Positions 1 to 9,105 of a DNA stretch of 64,000 nucleotides are shown in pieces. The number at the start of each line of letters is the position of its first letter. Within the stretch, counting starts at the first letter, position 1. Origin of the DNA: Candidatus Liptonbacteria bacterium (lineage in GTDB: Bacteria; Patescibacteriota; Minisyncoccia; UBA6257; 2-01-FULL-56-20); assembly GCA_016204385.1 (NCBI GenBank), contig JACQKW010000015.1, positions 29,882 to 93,881 on the forward strand, written 5' to 3'. Position numbers and translations under genes: made by a program. The notes beneath the pieces were generated by a model. The model did not search any database. It was not told the DNA's origin and saw nothing but the letters and a program-made list of their open reading frames with translations.

Positions 1-1752
1 GATTTCCCTGAACACTTCGGTGGGAATCCGCACTTTCCCCGATTCTTTGAGCCGCTCTTTTCCCCGCTTTTGCTTCTTCCACAACTTCATCTTCCTCGAA
101 CGGTCGCCTCCGTAGAGATAACCCGTCACGTCTTTCTTGAGCGCCGCAATCGTCTCGCGCGCGATGATCCTGCCTTTCGCCTGCGCCTGGATCGCCTGCG
201 CGAACTGCTGGGCGGGAAGGAGCTGCTTCAATTTCTCCACGCTCGCGCGCGCCTCGCGATCAAGGTCATCGCTCGCAACCACCCTCGTGAGCGCGGGCAC
301 CACGTCCCCGGCAATCAAAATCTCCAATTTCTCCACGTGCGCCTCGTCATATCCGTCGAGTTCGTAGCTGAACGACGCAAATCCCGCAGTGGCGGATTTG
401 AGCTGATCGTCAAAGTCTCGGAGCAATTCGGCAAGCGGCATGCGCGCGGTGAGAAGAAGCTGGGGCCCGATGTTGCGCGTATCGAGAAGAGAGAGGCCGA
501 ACGCAGTTGCAACTCCGAGCACTGCGGGCATATGGGCAGGCGGGGTAAGTATTTCAAGGCGTATCATGGGCTCGCGCACCGAGTCGTATTTCTCGGGGAA
601 ATCGCTCGCCTGCGTCACCACGTACTCGGCATTCGAGGCGCGCACGCGGTATGCAACAGACGGAAAACTCGTGAGAAACTCGACCCCGAACTCGTCGCGG
701 AGGCGGCTCGCAGTAATATCGAGATGGAGCTGGCCAAGAAAACCGACCTTGTACCCCCGCCCAAGGGCCTCATTCGCCTCGGGCTCGATCAAAAGCGCGG
801 GATCCGAGAGCCGCAGTTTTGAGAGCGCGAGCTGCAGCTCTTCAAACTCGCTTCCCCCCGAGGGATACATGGAAATGAACACCGCCGCGGCCGGCTCGCG
901 ATAGCCGGGAAGCGGATTCCCTTTCGGGTTATCGGACAGAGTGTCGCCGATCTTCACGAGGTCCGCTTCCTTCAGTCCGGTGGCAACATATCCGATCTCG
1001 CCGAAAGAGATTTCCCCCGTGCCGCGAAGCTCCGGAAAAAATTTGCCGACTTCTTTCACTCTGAATTGGGTGCCCGTGGCAATGAGCGCGGCGCGCCCGC
1101 CGCCCGCGAGCGTACCGCCATGCGCGCGGATATACGCAAGGATCCCTTTGTGCTCATCGTAGAGCGAGTCAAACACGAGCGCGCGAAACTCCGCGCCACC
1201 GCCCTGCGGCGGAGGGACTCTGTCGAGAACCGCGTCAAGCAGCGCCTCCACCCCTTCGCCCGTCTTTGCTGAAACCTGGAGCACGTCGCGTTCGGGCACG
1301 CCGAGGAGTTCCGCGACCGACGAAACCAGTTTTTCTTTTTCCGGCGTACCAAGGTCAATCTTGTTTATGGCGCCGACGATCGTGAGTCCCGAATTTTTCG
1401 CGGCGCGGAAATTCGAGAGTGTCTGCGCCTGAATGCCCTTCGTGGCGTCCACAAGAAGAATCGCGCCCTCAACCGCCGCAAGCGCGCGCGAGACCTCGTA
1501 TGAAAAATCCGAATGTCCCGGCGTGTCAATGAGGTTCATTGTGTACTCGGCTCCTCGGCTCCGATATCGCATGGTGACGGGAGCCATTTTTATGGTGATG
1601 CCGCGCTCCCGTTCAAGTTCAAGCTGATCGAGATATTGCGGCCGCATCTGCCGCGCGGGAACCGTGCCGGTCACCTCAAGAAACCTGTCCGCGAGCGTTG
1701 ATTTTCCCGCATCCACGTGCGCAATAATAACGAAATTCCGTATTGATTTCAT
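1..1752 (-). CDS. lepA: Translation elongation factor 4 (LepA), 3' end runs off the window
   Basis: Read manually because it is missing from the ORF track (no stop in window): starts MKSIRNFVIIAHVDAGKSTLADRFLE, has NLIDTPGHSDF, and ends at the window edge in the LepA C-terminal GKVRIPTEVFREI. Confidence 0.95.
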   Translation of the reverse strand, partial: MKSIRNFVIIAHVDAGKSTLADRFLEVTGTVPARQMRPQYLDQLELERERGITIKMAPVTMRYRSRGAEYTMNLIDTPGHSDFSYEVSRALAAVEGAILLVDATKGIQAQTLSNFRAAKNSGLTIVGAINKIDLGTPEKEKLVSSVAELLGVPERDVLQVSAKTGEGVEALLDAVLDRVPPPQGGGAEFRALVFDSLYDEHKGILAYIRAHGGTLAGGGRAALIATGTQFRVKEVGKFFPELRGTGEISFGEIGYVATGLKEADLVKIGDTLSDNPKGNPLPGYREPAAAVFISMYPSGGSEFEELQLALSKLRLSDPALLIEPEANEALGRGYKVGFLGQLHLDITASRLRDEFGVEFLTSFPSVAYRVRASNAEYVVTQASDFPEKYDSVREPMIRLEILTPPAHMPAVLGVATAFGLSLLDTRNIGPQLLLTARMPLAELLRDFDDQLKSATAGFASFSYELDGYDEAHVEKLEILIAGDVVPALTRVVASDDLDREARASVEKLKQLLPAQQFAQAIQAQAKGRIIARETIAALKKDVTGYLYGGDRSRKMKLWKKQKRGKERLKESGKVRIPTEVFREI

Positions 1753-1767
1753 GCTCAAAAATGGTTG

Positions 1768-3840
1768 CTATTCCAACCTCGAGAACGTAAGCGGGATTCT
1801 CACGGTGCCCGCGGGGTCGCTCGAAGAATATTCGAATACCGGAAGTTTATTCTCCTTCCACACGTACCCTATGGGGGCATTGATCGCAAAATGGTACGAC
1901 GCGCTGCTTCCGCTCTGCTTTTGAAAGATGAATTCGTATGGTGCGCCGTCCTCTACCGGAGCGAAGAGACGGTGTTCGTAGTCGAGCGTGATCGTGTCGG
2001 ATTCCCCGCGCGGAACCCTCGACCACACCCCGAATGCGTGCTTTCCGTATTCTTCGGAACCTAGGATGGTGGGATAGTTTAGATATTCTCGCGCAGTCGA
2101 CTCGATCCGCGCCACATCCGGATCCGTAAGATACCCCCGCGCCTCGTAATCCACCAATGGGCGGAGTTCCTTCCGAATGCCCCCTTCTGCATGGGTAAGA
2201 GTAACCGAAGGGGGCGTATATATTTTTATGTAGTTTTGATTGGCCGCACGATACCACGAGGGGTCGCTCGATGATCCTCGATGCGACCGTGTGATTTGGA
2301 CGTGATCCGATACCGTGCCGTCGGACTCTATTTGGCTCTGGAACACTATCTTCTGCTCCATCACAAGGTCCGTTTTCCCGCCGCCGATATTTGCGTTCAC
2401 CGCCGCGAAGTAATCCCCGTTGAAGTTCGGTGCAAGCGCGGCGACGGTTCCCGTCCATCCGTGAAAGTCGAAAAACCCGTTGAGTGCGGGATCTTTGAAA
2501 TACACCATCACATCCCGTTCCTCAAGCCATCGTTCGAACGGGGTGAGCCCGATATCCTCGAGCGATCGCGACGCAAGCTTGGAACGGACCGCGTCGGCAA
2601 ACTCTTGCAGGAACGCTTTTGGGTTTTGATCTTTTCTGGAGCGGCTCTCCTCAATATGCGATTGGATCTCCCGCAAGAAATTCTCACTGGTCAGCGTGCG
2701 TTTGCTCGACGAAAGCTCGATGGGGCCCGTACTCTCAAGCACGTCGCTCACCACTCGGGGAGAAATGGCGATGACTCCGTCGAAAGTAACGCCCCGGGAC
2801 GCATACAGGCGGGACAATTCGAAAAACTCAGCGAGTTTTCGCGCGGATAGGGAGAAATCAAAAAACCAATTCGCATCGGCAAGGCGCCACCATTTTTCAA
2901 TCCCAAAAAACTGCTTCGGCGGGATGATCGCGGGGGCGAACGCACGATCGGGCTCATTAATGTCGTGGATGCTCGCGAGCGTGAGATTCCCCCCGCTGAG
3001 CGTAAGGTCGGCATAACTCCCCACAAACCCGCCGCCGGGCCGCATTTCAGACGTGTTATGAAACAGCACCGCGATATGGCGCTCCCCGGGGGCGCTTAAA
3101 AAACCGATGAGCGCATCCAAAAAATCCCGCGAGCGATTCACATTGAGCTGAAGAGGCAGGAATGCGGATGTATCAACCGGTACCGCCGATTTGAGCTTCA
3201 GCGAAGCGGCGGCGAGGCCGTCCCCGGTCTCCGCAATATTCGCGAGCGTGCGGCGCGCTTCTTTGAGGTCTTCGATGAATTGCGCGCCGTTCCCGTGTAG
3301 CATGTACGGAAGCCATCTGATCCTCAAATTGACAAGCTGTTCAAGAAGCGAAAGCGAGGAGCCGGTAATGGTCTTCAGATGCCCCAATGCGGAAGACAGA
3401 TTTTTGAACACAGGGAGTATGTCAAGCAACCCCGCGGGTCCTGGAGCGGGATTGTTTCGCGAAGCGAAATATTCCTCAATGTTCTGATTCGCTTCCAAAA
3501 AGTCCTTGTGGGCGCCCGCGGGATCGAGTTCGTCGAGCTTTTCGACCGCGGACTGAAACTGCGAAATGCCTTTTGCCGCGGAATCGAGCAGCCGTCCCCC
3601 TTCCCGATACGCGGAGAAGAACACCGCGCCCGCCACGGCGGCGACCAAAATAAAAAACACGAGGAATGCGTGCGCGGGGCGCTTGGATCCCGCTCCCGCT
3701 CTCTCCGCTCGGGGCGCTTCGCCGCCCTGCGCCGCAAATCTCGCGATCTTATCCACGCGGATTTCGTGCCCTTCACCGCCCTCCACCCGCACCACATCTA
3801 CCACGGTATCGGGAACGCGTTTCTCGTATCCGTCAGTCAT
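1768..3840 (-). CDS. DUF4012-family membrane-anchored protein
   Basis: 690 aa, N-terminal TM, motifs FHNTSEMRPGGGFVGSY, DANWFFDF and NANIGGGKTD typical of the family. Confidence 0.75.
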   Translation of the reverse strand: MTDGYEKRVPDTVVDVVRVEGGEGHEIRVDKIARFAAQGGEAPRAERAGAGSKRPAHAFLVFFILVAAVAGAVFFSAYREGGRLLDSAAKGISQFQSAVEKLDELDPAGAHKDFLEANQNIEEYFASRNNPAPGPAGLLDILPVFKNLSSALGHLKTITGSSLSLLEQLVNLRIRWLPYMLHGNGAQFIEDLKEARRTLANIAETGDGLAAASLKLKSAVPVDTSAFLPLQLNVNRSRDFLDALIGFLSAPGERHIAVLFHNTSEMRPGGGFVGSYADLTLSGGNLTLASIHDINEPDRAFAPAIIPPKQFFGIEKWWRLADANWFFDFSLSARKLAEFFELSRLYASRGVTFDGVIAISPRVVSDVLESTGPIELSSSKRTLTSENFLREIQSHIEESRSRKDQNPKAFLQEFADAVRSKLASRSLEDIGLTPFERWLEERDVMVYFKDPALNGFFDFHGWTGTVAALAPNFNGDYFAAVNANIGGGKTDLVMEQKIVFQSQIESDGTVSDHVQITRSHRGSSSDPSWYRAANQNYIKIYTPPSVTLTHAEGGIRKELRPLVDYEARGYLTDPDVARIESTAREYLNYPTILGSEEYGKHAFGVWSRVPRGESDTITLDYEHRLFAPVEDGAPYEFIFQKQSGSSASYHFAINAPIGYVWKENKLPVFEYSSSDPAGTVRIPLTFSRLE

Positions 3841-3892
3841 CGCGCTACCATTCTACAATTTCAAAGAGCGCTCGAAAAGCCGGCAGGGCACG

Positions 3893-4735
3893 CTATTTGA
3901 AGAACACGCGGCGCGGAACGCGAAAGTCTATGTATTCGAAATTTCGCTTCGGATGCTCGGCGAGGATACGCGAGAGTGTCTCGCGCGCGTCGGTCGGCAG
4001 AAACCGAAGACTGAAGAAAAGCGCCGGCCCGTCGTGCGTGCGGATCTCCACCTCCTCGCGACTCAAATCCGCGATCTTGATCTCCCGAATGCCGAAGTCT
4101 GAAGCGGCGGCGACTTCAAGAATTGCGAGCAGGTTCGGCACGAACGCGTCCGGAAGTATTTTTTTTCCCAGCACGCGATCGGTCTGCGAATAATCGTTCA
4201 CCACGGGGATGAGGTTGCCCTCGGCGGCGAACGTACTTTCGAACTTTACCCCTTCGCGATCGAACCATGCGCACGCAGTCGGCGCATATGCCTCGCCGGT
4301 TCGCAGCTCGCGCGGATCACGCTCGGACTGTATGCACCATATGCCGACGGGAATCCGCGTGTCTGCAGAAAGCACTACCGTGCGCCTTCGAAAATCCTTT
4401 TCCACGCGGACGGTTTTAAAGATCGGCGATGCGGTAAGCGCCTCCGGCGATACCCTGCGAGGCCACCCAAGCATATGACCAAACCCGAATACCCTTGCCC
4501 GAAAACTTTGTCCGAATTGAGTTTTTACGAACTCGATCAGGCGTTCGCCCTCGAGCCGCCCCGAAATCAATACGTGAACGTTTTGGACGTCAAAAAGAGA
4601 TAATCGGAAAAGAACCCCGTAGAAGGCGAGGGTGAGGGCGGAGAGAAACAAAAAGGCGGAAACTATCCGAACGAGTTTCCTCCTCCTCATCCGCCGCGCT
4701 CGAATTTCGGCAAAGTCCGTGCCGCTTCGCGCCAT
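3893..4735 (-). CDS. FtsQ/DivIB-like cell division protein
   Basis: Basic N-terminus, single TM, POTRA-like segment, C-terminal EYIDFRVPRRVFFK. Confidence 0.65.
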   Translation of the reverse strand: MARSGTDFAEIRARRMRRRKLVRIVSAFLFLSALTLAFYGVLFRLSLFDVQNVHVLISGRLEGERLIEFVKTQFGQSFRARVFGFGHMLGWPRRVSPEALTASPIFKTVRVEKDFRRRTVVLSADTRIPVGIWCIQSERDPRELRTGEAYAPTACAWFDREGVKFESTFAAEGNLIPVVNDYSQTDRVLGKKILPDAFVPNLLAILEVAAASDFGIREIKIADLSREEVEIRTHDGPALFFSLRFLPTDARETLSRILAEHPKRNFEYIDFRVPRRVFFK

Positions 4736-5872
4736 CTATGTGAGCACCCGTTCCATGAGGGGGTTGAGCCGGGTTAAAAATTCGTAATGGATGGTTCCTG
4801 AAGCCCTTGCCGCGTCGTCCACCGCACGTTCTGACCTTGCGTCCTTGCCGATGATGGTTGCCGTGTCGCCTACGCGGCAACGAATCCCCGTTGCGTCAAC
4901 GGTCACTAAATCCATTGAAACCCTCCCGAGTACCCTGGCAGAACGGCCATTGATGAGCACGATCCCTGTACTTGAGAGCGACCGCGGGAAACCGTGCCAA
5001 TATCCTATTGGCAATACGGCTATTTTGGTCGGACGCGAAAGGCGCTCGGCCAAATCATAGCCGACGTAATCTCCCGGCGCGAGGAACTTAATTTCGCTTA
5101 TCATGGTCCGCCAGCTCAAGACCGGACGCAGTTTTATCATGGGCAGCTGGATTTCAAGCTCTTTCGAAGGGTAGAGGCCGTAGAGGCCGATACCCACGCG
5201 CACCGCATCCAGATGATACTTTTTGCCGAGTAGGGTGGCGCCGGTCGCCGCGCAATGTTGTATAAGAGGCCGCGCAGGCGTGTCAAATCCCTTGTTCCGA
5301 AGAAGTCCGCAGAGATCCGAAAATAGCGCGTACTGCTTCTCGGTGAATGTCGGGTAATTCACGTCTTTTGCGGAGGCGAAATGGGTATAGACGCCGCGGA
5401 ACGATTCTCCGAGCTTCTTTAAATGGCGGAAAATTTTCGGCACGTCGTGCGGGGAGAATCCTTGGCGATGCATCCCGGTATCTATCTTGAGATGGAAATC
5501 GGGCGCTCGGGCACATCGCATGAGCGCGCGGAGGGCGTCGTGATTCGAAATGCTCACGGTAAGACCCTCAGACGCCGATCGATCGTAGAGATCGGGCAGC
5601 GTGGGTCCTAAAATTAAAATGGGCTTCCGGATGCCGAACTCTCTCACACGAATACCCTCAACTGCGCTATCAACGCAGAATCCGTCCACGCGGTTCTCGA
5701 CAAGACCAGAAAAAAGCGTGAGTCCGTGGCCGTACGCGTTCGATTTCACCACCGCCAAAAGTTTCACGTCCGGACCAATGATACTCCGGAATGTTTCGCA
5801 GTTCTTTTGTATCGCGCTCCGATCGATCTCAACCCACGTCCGCAAGCTACGAGATAACTTTCGCGCCGACAT
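4736..5872 (-). CDS. alr: Alanine racemase
   Basis: AVVKSNAYGHG PLP-lysine motif, KIDTGMHRQG, GRVSMD; start placed at MSARKL. Confidence 0.93.
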   Translation of the reverse strand: MSARKLSRSLRTWVEIDRSAIQKNCETFRSIIGPDVKLLAVVKSNAYGHGLTLFSGLVENRVDGFCVDSAVEGIRVREFGIRKPILILGPTLPDLYDRSASEGLTVSISNHDALRALMRCARAPDFHLKIDTGMHRQGFSPHDVPKIFRHLKKLGESFRGVYTHFASAKDVNYPTFTEKQYALFSDLCGLLRNKGFDTPARPLIQHCAATGATLLGKKYHLDAVRVGIGLYGLYPSKELEIQLPMIKLRPVLSWRTMISEIKFLAPGDYVGYDLAERLSRPTKIAVLPIGYWHGFPRSLSSTGIVLINGRSARVLGRVSMDLVTVDATGIRCRVGDTATIIGKDARSERAVDDAARASGTIHYEFLTRLNPLMERVLT

Positions 5873-7160
5873 ATTTTTGGAGCACTTTGGGAATTTTAAT
5901 TTTGCCTTCCTTCGTCTGGAAATTCTCAAAAATTGTGATCAGCGTCCGGCCGACGGCAAAGGCGGTGCCATTCAGCATATGCACAAATTCAATGTCCTTG
6001 CCGGTGCGATACTTTACGCTCAGCCGCCGCGCTTGGTAGTCGGTCGTGTTAGAAGCTGAATGCGTCTCGCGGTATTCGCCCTTGCCGTCCCGCTGGCCCG
6101 GCATCCACGTCTCAATATCGAACTTGGCGGCCGCCGGATCGCCGAGGTCTGCCGTGCACATCTCGATAACTCGGTACGGAAGCTCAAGTTTTTGCATAAG
6201 GTGCTCTTGAACCCCTAAGAGCAACCGGTGCTCGTGAACCGAGGTTTCCGGTTTAACAAAACTGAACATCTCGAACTTATCAAACTGATGCACGCGCAGA
6301 ATCCCTTTGGTGTCCTTGCCGTAACTCCCGGCTTCTCTCCGGAAACACGTGGAGAACCCCACATACCGCCGCGGCAAGTCCTTTTCCTCGAAAACCTCAT
6401 TCTGGTGCATCGGCCCCAATGCCTGCTCTGAGGTGCCGGCTAAATAGAGATCGTCTTTTTCTATTTTGTAGACTTCTTCCCCGCCGCGTTCAAGATACCC
6501 CATACCAGACATAGATTTTTCGTTCAAGAGCACCGGAGGAATCACCGGAATAAAAGGCGTGTCGGAAACTGTGAGGCCGTTTTTTTTGATAATGTGCGTT
6601 AAGATTTTCTGATCGGCGAGCGTCTCTAAAACCAGTTGTCCCAGCGCAAACTCAAGCCGCGCCGCCGCTCCAAGAAGATACCCGAACCGGCTGCCCGCGA
6701 CTTTCGCCGCCCGTTCAACGTCAATTAATCCAAGGCTCTCGGCGAGCGTCAGATAATCTTTAGGCGGGAAAGAAAATTTTGATTTCTCTCCGACTTCGCA
6801 GAGCACCTTATTATCCTTCTCGCTTTTCCCGATGGGTGCGTCCGGGAGCGGGAGATTCGGGATTTTTCGCCACACAGCCATCCGCCGCCCCTCGATCACC
6901 TCGAGTTTCACCTCCTCGGATTTGATGTCTTCCTTATTTTTCTTTGCCGCCTCGATATTCCGCGCCTCGGCTTGCCCCGAGTGTACCGAGTGGGAAAATT
7001 TCTTCTGCCCCGCCCGCAAATCATCGAGTTTTTTCGTAATCTCGCGCCACTCGCGGTCGAGCTTCAAAAATTCGTCCACGAGCTCCGGTTGAACGCCCTT
7101 CTTTTCTATGCCGCGTTTGATGCGGTCCGGCTCCTCGCGGAGGAGTTTTATATCAATCAT
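5847..7160 (-). CDS. serS: Seryl-tRNA synthetase
   Basis: MIDIKLLRE start, GTSEQ, FRREAGSYGKDTKGILRVHQF, LNGTAFAVGRT. Confidence 0.98.
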   Translation of the reverse strand: MIDIKLLREEPDRIKRGIEKKGVQPELVDEFLKLDREWREITKKLDDLRAGQKKFSHSVHSGQAEARNIEAAKKNKEDIKSEEVKLEVIEGRRMAVWRKIPNLPLPDAPIGKSEKDNKVLCEVGEKSKFSFPPKDYLTLAESLGLIDVERAAKVAGSRFGYLLGAAARLEFALGQLVLETLADQKILTHIIKKNGLTVSDTPFIPVIPPVLLNEKSMSGMGYLERGGEEVYKIEKDDLYLAGTSEQALGPMHQNEVFEEKDLPRRYVGFSTCFRREAGSYGKDTKGILRVHQFDKFEMFSFVKPETSVHEHRLLLGVQEHLMQKLELPYRVIEMCTADLGDPAAAKFDIETWMPGQRDGKGEYRETHSASNTTDYQARRLSVKYRTGKDIEFVHMLNGTAFAVGRTLITIFENFQTKEGKIKIPKVLQKYVGAKVIS

Positions 7161-7161
7161 T
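7126..7161. repeat. Left direct repeat (serS 5' end)
   Basis: tccggctcctcgcggaggagttttatatcaatcatt, one mismatch to 9930-9965. Confidence 0.93.
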
Positions 7162-8209
7162 GACTCCTATCATACCTTAATTTTTCTTCATCGTGAAGCA
7201 TTGCGGAAACGTCCGTGTGAAGTTTTCGGGTGTTGCCGTGTGCTAATAGTCCGAAATAAGAATTGAATGTTTCGGGCGTGTGGCTTGCCATAATTTTCTT
7301 CATCATTCTTCGCCTCGTGCTCGTACGCAACACCCGATGGTCGGGAAAATGTACCCATCCCAAAAAATCAACGCCCGACGCAAGCGTTTTAATAAAAACC
7401 TTATCGGGGTGGAGGGTAAGTTGTAACTTTTCGCGCAGGAATTCTCGGATCAGCAACGTGTTTTGCTCGAGCCAGACGCGGTCTTTGGAAAGAAATATAA
7501 AGTCGTCGGCATACCGGAGGTAATACCGCGCCTTAAGCCCGTGTTTTACAAATTGATCAAATTCATTCATATAGACATTCACGAGAAGCTGTGAGGTGAG
7601 ATTGCCAAGTGGAAGGCCTGCCCACCCGAAGCTGTGCGAAGGCGGGCCGGCGCCTGGCCGCATGGACGAAAAACTGCTAATAATCTCTTGGAGAAGTTCT
7701 ATAATTTCTCCGTCGCGAATATAACTCCGCAAAATTCTCATAAGAATCGTGTGGTTAATATTTGCGAAGAATTTTCTGATGTCGCATTTCAAAACCCAGC
7801 AGGTTCTCGTATTGTTTTTGCTCACTTTGTAGGCAAATATGCGGAAGCGGTTTAATGCTCTATGCGTCCCCTTCTCCTTTCTGCATGAGAAAGAATCGGC
7901 AATAAAAGCCTTGTCAAAAAATGGATAGAGTACTCGATAGATGGCGTGGTGCACGAGGCGGTCGCGGACGCTCGCCTTGTGGATGTTCCGCGGTTTGGGA
8001 TCGGAGATATTGAACGCTTGATAGCCGCCGTGGCGATAGGTATGATAGACAAGATCATCGTGGAGCAGAAAGAGGTTATCGATAAGATGCAATGAAAATT
8101 CTTGAACATCGCGCTTGCCGCGTTTTCCTTTCACAAACTCCCTCCAAGCCTCCAAAAAATTCTCTACGCTCGCAATATCCGCAAAGTTTTTAGCAAATTG
8201 GATTTTCAT
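7157..8209 (-). CDS. DGR reverse transcriptase
   Basis: RDRLVHHA, KCDIRKFF, GLPLGNLTSQ (LGxxxSQ is DGR-type), LRYADDF, GVDFLGW; about 350 aa with no maturase/EN domain. Likely start MKIQF at 8209 (ORF is open from 8257). Stop overlaps the serS start (ATGA). Confidence 0.95.
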   Translation of the reverse strand: MKIQFAKNFADIASVENFLEAWREFVKGKRGKRDVQEFSLHLIDNLFLLHDDLVYHTYRHGGYQAFNISDPKPRNIHKASVRDRLVHHAIYRVLYPFFDKAFIADSFSCRKEKGTHRALNRFRIFAYKVSKNNTRTCWVLKCDIRKFFANINHTILMRILRSYIRDGEIIELLQEIISSFSSMRPGAGPPSHSFGWAGLPLGNLTSQLLVNVYMNEFDQFVKHGLKARYYLRYADDFIFLSKDRVWLEQNTLLIREFLREKLQLTLHPDKVFIKTLASGVDFLGWVHFPDHRVLRTSTRRRMMKKIMASHTPETFNSYFGLLAHGNTRKLHTDVSAMLHDEEKLRYDRSQ

Positions 8210-8267
8210 ATTTCTTTTCCCATGAACGCCCCCCCCCCGCTTCAATTTACCCATCATTCAGCATCTT

Positions 8268-8603
8268 GTGGCAACTTACAAAGTCTGGCATGAATTTTTG
8301 CCGCACATTCCCAAAGACGCACGGTACACGCTGGGGACAAAAATAGATGGGCTGTTCGTAGAAACGGTAGAGTTGATTTTCACGGCGACGTATCTTGGTA
8401 AAAGCCAGAAATTTCCTTACGTGCAAAACGCGGCAACAAAACTTGATCTTGTAAAATTCTTCCTTCAAATTCTCTGGGAAATCAACGCACTTGATAATAA
8501 AAAGTATATCCGCATTTCTGAAAAACTAAACGAGATCGGCAGGATGCTCGGCGGCTGGAACAGGCAGTTAAACAGGGAAAACCCCGCAAGGAGCGGGGAA
8601 TAA
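8268..8603 (+). CDS. avd: Avd-like accessory variability determinant (four-helix bundle); true start possibly ATG 8222 across a C10 tract
   Basis: Basic helical ~111-aa protein with IPKDARYTLG, LDLVKFFLQI and EIGRMLGGW motifs, located between TR and RT. Confidence 0.85.
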   Translation: MATYKVWHEFLPHIPKDARYTLGTKIDGLFVETVELIFTATYLGKSQKFPYVQNAATKLDLVKFFLQILWEINALDNKKYIRISEKLNEIGRMLGGWNRQLNRENPARSGE

Positions 8604-8609
8604 AGAGAT

Positions 8610-8744
8610 TTGCGGACGGCGGCAAAGCGGTAGTTCGAGTTCCACTCGTTGTCGAACCAGTTCAGGTTCAGGTTACGCTTCGAACCGTTCCTGTCGAGGT
8701 ACGCCACAGTGCGGTTGCCGTTCGGATTCCGCCACACGGAACCA
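8610..8744 (-). ncRNA. DGR template repeat (TR)
   Basis: 135-nt near copy of 9110-9244; read in the target frame it has 9 AAC + 1 AAT codons. Confidence 0.95.
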
Positions 8745-9002
8745 TCGTACAAAATATCGCCTGCGCCACTGCCCTTCGAATACTCTTGGGGTTGTATCGT
8801 ATTCGGGATCTCGAAAAATCCTAATCCCTTAATATTTTGCACCAAGTATCTTTATTTTTGAGGAAAGAGAGAATATCTCTAGCCATAAGCGTACCCATAG
8901 CTATTCCCTATTCAGTGTTTCCGGAATTCGACTGTTGTGAACCGTGGCCCACAGCTTGTGTTGAGTCTACTATCCAAATTCAAATTATCACATGGTGCAG
9001 AA

Positions 9003-9043
9003 ATGAAAAGCCCGTGCAGAAGACCGAAGTCCTGTGCACGGGC
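9003..9043 (-). terminator. Intrinsic terminator/hairpin after DGR target gene
   Basis: Minus strand GCCCGTGCA-CAGGACTTCGGTCTTC-TGCACGGGC followed by TTTTCAT. Confidence 0.7.
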
Positions 9044-9105
9044 CAAGTTCCCAAGGGACAAAGAATCTCAAAGCGTTGAGGATTCAGAGTCCTAAGGTCT
9101 GAAAG

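Noticed and set aside
70..1701. Several + strand ORFs of 60-250 aa
   Set aside because: Antisense shadows of lepA; the same applies to long shadows over thrS, the 928-aa gene, groEL and the flippase
7157..8257. RT as group II intron or retron
   Set aside because: Short, LGNLTSQ motif, no maturase/EN domain or intron domain V seen, and a TR/VR pair plus Avd are adjacent
8465..8845. 126-aa ORF across TR
   Set aside because: Asn-rich translation of the template repeat overlapping avd antisense; TRs are normally non-coding
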